Positions 61,304-64,000 of a DNA stretch of 64,000 bases are shown here, in pieces. The DNA is from an uncultured Acidobacteriota bacterium (GTDB lineage: Bacteria; Acidobacteriota; Polarisedimenticolia; J045), in contig CAVPCQ010000006.1 of NCBI GenBank assembly GCA_963702425.1, positions 352,001-416,000 on the forward strand, given 5' to 3'. The translations under genes were made by a program, and so were the position numbers. Position 1 is the stretch's first letter. Every line of letters begins with the position of its first letter. A model generated the notes under the pieces. That model did not search any database. It saw only the letters and a list, made by a program, of their open reading frames with translations, and was not told where the DNA came from.

Positions 61304-62439
61304 CCTCTCCCGCCGGAACCGGTGCGCGCATCGTCGCCGCGGTGCGGGCGGGGACCGCGCCGCGGCCAGCACGTCTTGCCGCGGCTCGCGGTGCGCTTCC
61401 GCTCGATCCGGGCGACCTGGCGCTGCTGCAGGTGCTGCTCGCGAGGGACGAGGACCCCGAGATCGCGGAGTCCGCGGAGCGGTCGCTGTCCGAGCTGGCA
61501 CCCGAGACGGCCCTGGCCCTCGCCGACGAGCAGGACACCGCGTACGAGGTCCTGAGCTTCCTCTCTGCCGGTGCGGAGCGCTGGCCCGCCGCGGCGGCGA
61601 CCCTCGCCGGGCGGCGGGGCCTCGATCCGGCTTGCTATCGCGCACTGGCCGCATCCAGCGCCGCCGCGCCGCTCGACATGCTGGCGCTCAACCAGGAGGC
61701 GCTGGCCGCCGACCCCGGCCTTGGAACGCTGCTCGCCGCCAACCCCGCGCTGCCGGGGCAGGCGCGCGCGCGCCTGCTCGACTTCCTGGACGAGCTCGCA
61801 AAGGGGTCGGAACCGGCCGCCGAGCCCGAACACGCGGGGGGCGAGACCGCCGAGGCCCCGCCCCCGGCGCGGGACCCCTTCCTGGCCTCGCTCGGAATCG
61901 ACGCCGAGGTCGAGGCGCTCCTGCCGCAGCTCGACCTCGATCTCGGGATGCTGGCCGACCGCTCGGAGCTGCTCGGATCGATCGAGGAGGGGGACGACCT
62001 CTCGCTGATCGTGCGGCTCTCGAAGATGAACGTCGGGCAGAAGCTGCGGGCGGCGCTGTTCGGCTCGCGCGAAGAGCGCGGGATCCTGGTGCGGGACAGC
62101 AACCGCCTGGTCTCCTGCTCCGTCGTCAAGAACCCGAAGTTCACGGTGACCGAGGCCGACCAGGTCGCCAAGAGCCGGAACATCTCGACCGAAGTGCTGC
62201 GCTTGATCGCCCGCCACCGCGACTTCGGCAAGGCCTACTCGATCCAGAAGAACCTCGTCGTCAACCCGCGCTGCCCGGCCGACCTCGCGCTGAACCTGGT
62301 GGCGGTGCTGAACGACCACGACCTGAAGCTGATGCTGCGGAACCGGAACATCGGCGAGGCGGTGCGGCGGCAGGCCAAGAAGGTATTCGACGTCCGGGAG
62401 GAGCGGAAGCGCGTCCGCGTCGCGCCCGGAAAGCACTGA
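61300..62439 (+). CDS. Hypothetical alpha-helical repeat protein
   Basis: KMNVGQKLRAALFGSREERGILVRDSNRLV...NPK, LVVNPRCP; GTGA coupling. Confidence 0.75.
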   Translation: MTSPAGTGARIVAAVRAGTAPRPARLAAARGALPLDPGDLALLQVLLARDEDPEIAESAERSLSELAPETALALADEQDTAYEVLSFLSAGAERWPAAAATLAGRRGLDPACYRALAASSAAAPLDMLALNQEALAADPGLGTLLAANPALPGQARARLLDFLDELAKGSEPAAEPEHAGGETAEAPPPARDPFLASLGIDAEVEALLPQLDLDLGMLADRSELLGSIEEGDDLSLIVRLSKMNVGQKLRAALFGSREERGILVRDSNRLVSCSVVKNPKFTVTEADQVAKSRNISTEVLRLIARHRDFGKAYSIQKNLVVNPRCPADLALNLVAVLNDHDLKLMLRNRNIGEAVRRQAKKVFDVREERKRVRVAPGKH

Positions 62440-62544
62440 ACCCGGTTGCGCCGCGCCGGGCCTGTTTGCGCTAGATTAGAGACCGCGTCCGCCGAGAACC
62501 CCCGGGTCCCGGTCGTGGCGCGACCGAGGAGCAGCGTACCGTCG

Positions 62545-63363
62545 ATGATCGTCGCCGGGGCAGGCCTGACCGACCGCGGACGGTTGCGTCCGCACAACGA
62601 GGACTCGCTCCTCGTGGAGGCGGAACACGGTCTTTTCGCGGTGGCCGACGGGATGGGGGGGCACGCCGCCGGAGAGGTCGCGTCGCATCTCGCGATCGAG
62701 GCCGTCCGCGCATCGCTCGCCGAGGGTCCGCATCCGGACGGGGACATACCGACGCGGCTGAGAAGCGCGATCGAAGACGCCAACCGCCGGATCGCCGACC
62801 AGATCGAACAGCAGCCCGAGTGCCGGGGCATGGGAACGACCCTCGTCGTGGCGGTTTCCGACGGGCCGCGTTGCTGGATCGCCCATATCGGTGATTCCCG
62901 CGCCTACCTGATCCGCGGGGAACAGATCACGCAGCTGACGGCCGACCACTCGTTCGTCAACGAGCTGGTCCGGCTCGGGATGCTGTCGCGCGAGCAGGCG
63001 GCGCGCGATCCGCGCCGGAACGTCGTGACCCGGGCGCTCGGCAGCGGCGCGATGGTAGTGCCCGAGATTCACGAGTACCGGGTCGAGCCGGGCGACACCT
63101 TGCTGCTCTGTTCGGACGGGCTGAACACGATGCTCGCCGACGAGCGGATCCTGGCCGTCATGCGGGAGTCGGGCGCCTCGCTCGAAGAGGCCTGCTCCGG
63201 CCTGGTCGCGGCCGCCAACGCCGCGGGCGGGGAAGACAACATCTCGGTCGTGGCCGTCCGCTGGGAGGGTGACGGGGCGGCATCGGACGGCGGCGCCCCG
63301 CCGCCTCCCCCCTCCGAGGGGACGGAACCGTCCTCGGAGACCGAGCCGACGGCCGAGGCCTGA
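62545..63363 (+). CDS. PP2C-family Ser/Thr phosphatase (Stp1-like)
   Basis: RPHNEDS, VADGMGGH, MGTT, HIGDSR, CSDGL, EDNIS. Confidence 0.95.
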   Translation: MIVAGAGLTDRGRLRPHNEDSLLVEAEHGLFAVADGMGGHAAGEVASHLAIEAVRASLAEGPHPDGDIPTRLRSAIEDANRRIADQIEQQPECRGMGTTLVVAVSDGPRCWIAHIGDSRAYLIRGEQITQLTADHSFVNELVRLGMLSREQAARDPRRNVVTRALGSGAMVVPEIHEYRVEPGDTLLLCSDGLNTMLADERILAVMRESGASLEEACSGLVAAANAAGGEDNISVVAVRWEGDGAASDGGAPPPPPSEGTEPSSETEPTAEA

Positions 63364-63419
63364 GCCGACCGCCCCGCGGGTCCCGATTCGCGGAATCCCC
63401 GCGCCGGGAGGCCGTTTTC

Positions 63420-63448
63420 TTGACCGGACGGGAACCGCTCCTTATAGT
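63420..63448 (+). promoter_or_regulatory. Sigma70 promoter (TTGACC-17-TATAGT)
   Basis: Near-consensus hexamers 13 bp upstream of ATG 63462. Confidence 0.7.
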
Positions 63449-63461
63449 CGCTCCAACCTTC

Positions 63462-64000
63462 ATGATGCCGCGCCCGGCCCTGCTGCTCACGACCCTCGCG
63501 GTCGTGTCGATTGCGATCGCGCCCACCCGGGCCGCGGCCGACGGCGACTCCGCGTCCTTCGGCGTGGCGGTTCGGGCGGCGGCGGCGCAGACCGGACTCA
63601 GCGGCGACGACCTCTCCCCCGCCCTGCGCCCTGACGGAGCCCTGGCCCCGGACCACCCGCTGCGGCGCCGGCCGGCCGCCGCCTCGCCGGGTGCGCTGTC
63701 CTCGATCGCCTCGCGGGAGCCCGCGGTTCGCGTGCACTGGCCGGCGACACTGGCGGGCCTGCGCGACGGCGACCTGGACGGCATCCCCGACCGGGCCTCC
63801 GCCGCGCTGCGGACCGCTCTCCGGACGCTGAGCTTCTGCCGGACCGTCGGGCTCGGCGCCCCGGCCGACGATGCGGACCGCGAACTCGACCTCTACCTGG
63901 TCGACCTCGGGGGCGATGCGCGCGGCTTCGCGGTGATCGAGCCCGCCACGCCCGGCGAGCGTGCCGCGCCCGGTTTCGCGGTGCTCGACTCTTCGTCGCG
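63462..64000 (+). CDS. Secreted protein, possibly MXAN_6640-like metalloprotease family (runs off the window end)
   Basis: Manual translation MMPRPALLLTTLAVVSIAIAPTRA...VRVHW...DGDLDGIPD...LDLYLVDL, open to the end. Confidence 0.55.
   Translation, partial: MMPRPALLLTTLAVVSIAIAPTRAAADGDSASFGVAVRAAAAQTGLSGDDLSPALRPDGALAPDHPLRRRPAAASPGALSSIASREPAVRVHWPATLAGLRDGDLDGIPDRASAALRTALRTLSFCRTVGLGAPADDADRELDLYLVDLGGDARGFAVIEPATPGERAAPGFAVLDSSS

Overview
Very GC-rich bacterial chromosomal segment from a diderm organism (it has an LPS heptosyltransferase, an Omp85-family protein, lgt and lspA). The gene repertoire suggests Acidobacteriota or a Myxococcota-like lineage, which is inference only. Most of the window is housekeeping and signalling genes: eno, ftsB, rho, rpoZ, M17 aminopeptidase, recG, trxB, ileS, lspA-lgt-rluD, glgC, pruA, two histidine kinases, an NtrC-type activator and a PP2C phosphatase. 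Four things stand out. (1) The 6.2-15.5 kb region holds two near-identical versions of an mscS/sortase/tRNA-fMet locus with different cargo (secreted rubrerythrin plus DUF2231 versus an arylsulfatase islet); this is either a tandem duplication or two strain haplotypes joined by the assembly. (2) A 1.1 kb integrase-less islet sits at tRNA-Gly(CCC) between 45-bp att repeats. (3) Two intergenic loci each carry an inverted pair of long hairpins whose core and loop are invariant but whose outer arms are unrelated in sequence yet fully paired (REPIN-like element). (4) IleRS has HNGH/KESKS motifs and an inserted domain resembling a double-psi beta-barrel. A lipoprotein-type sortase lies near a lipoprotein ending in LPRTGY. 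recG and lgt show single-base frameshifts that are probably sequencing errors. All calls are by eye from motifs; no database searches were run.
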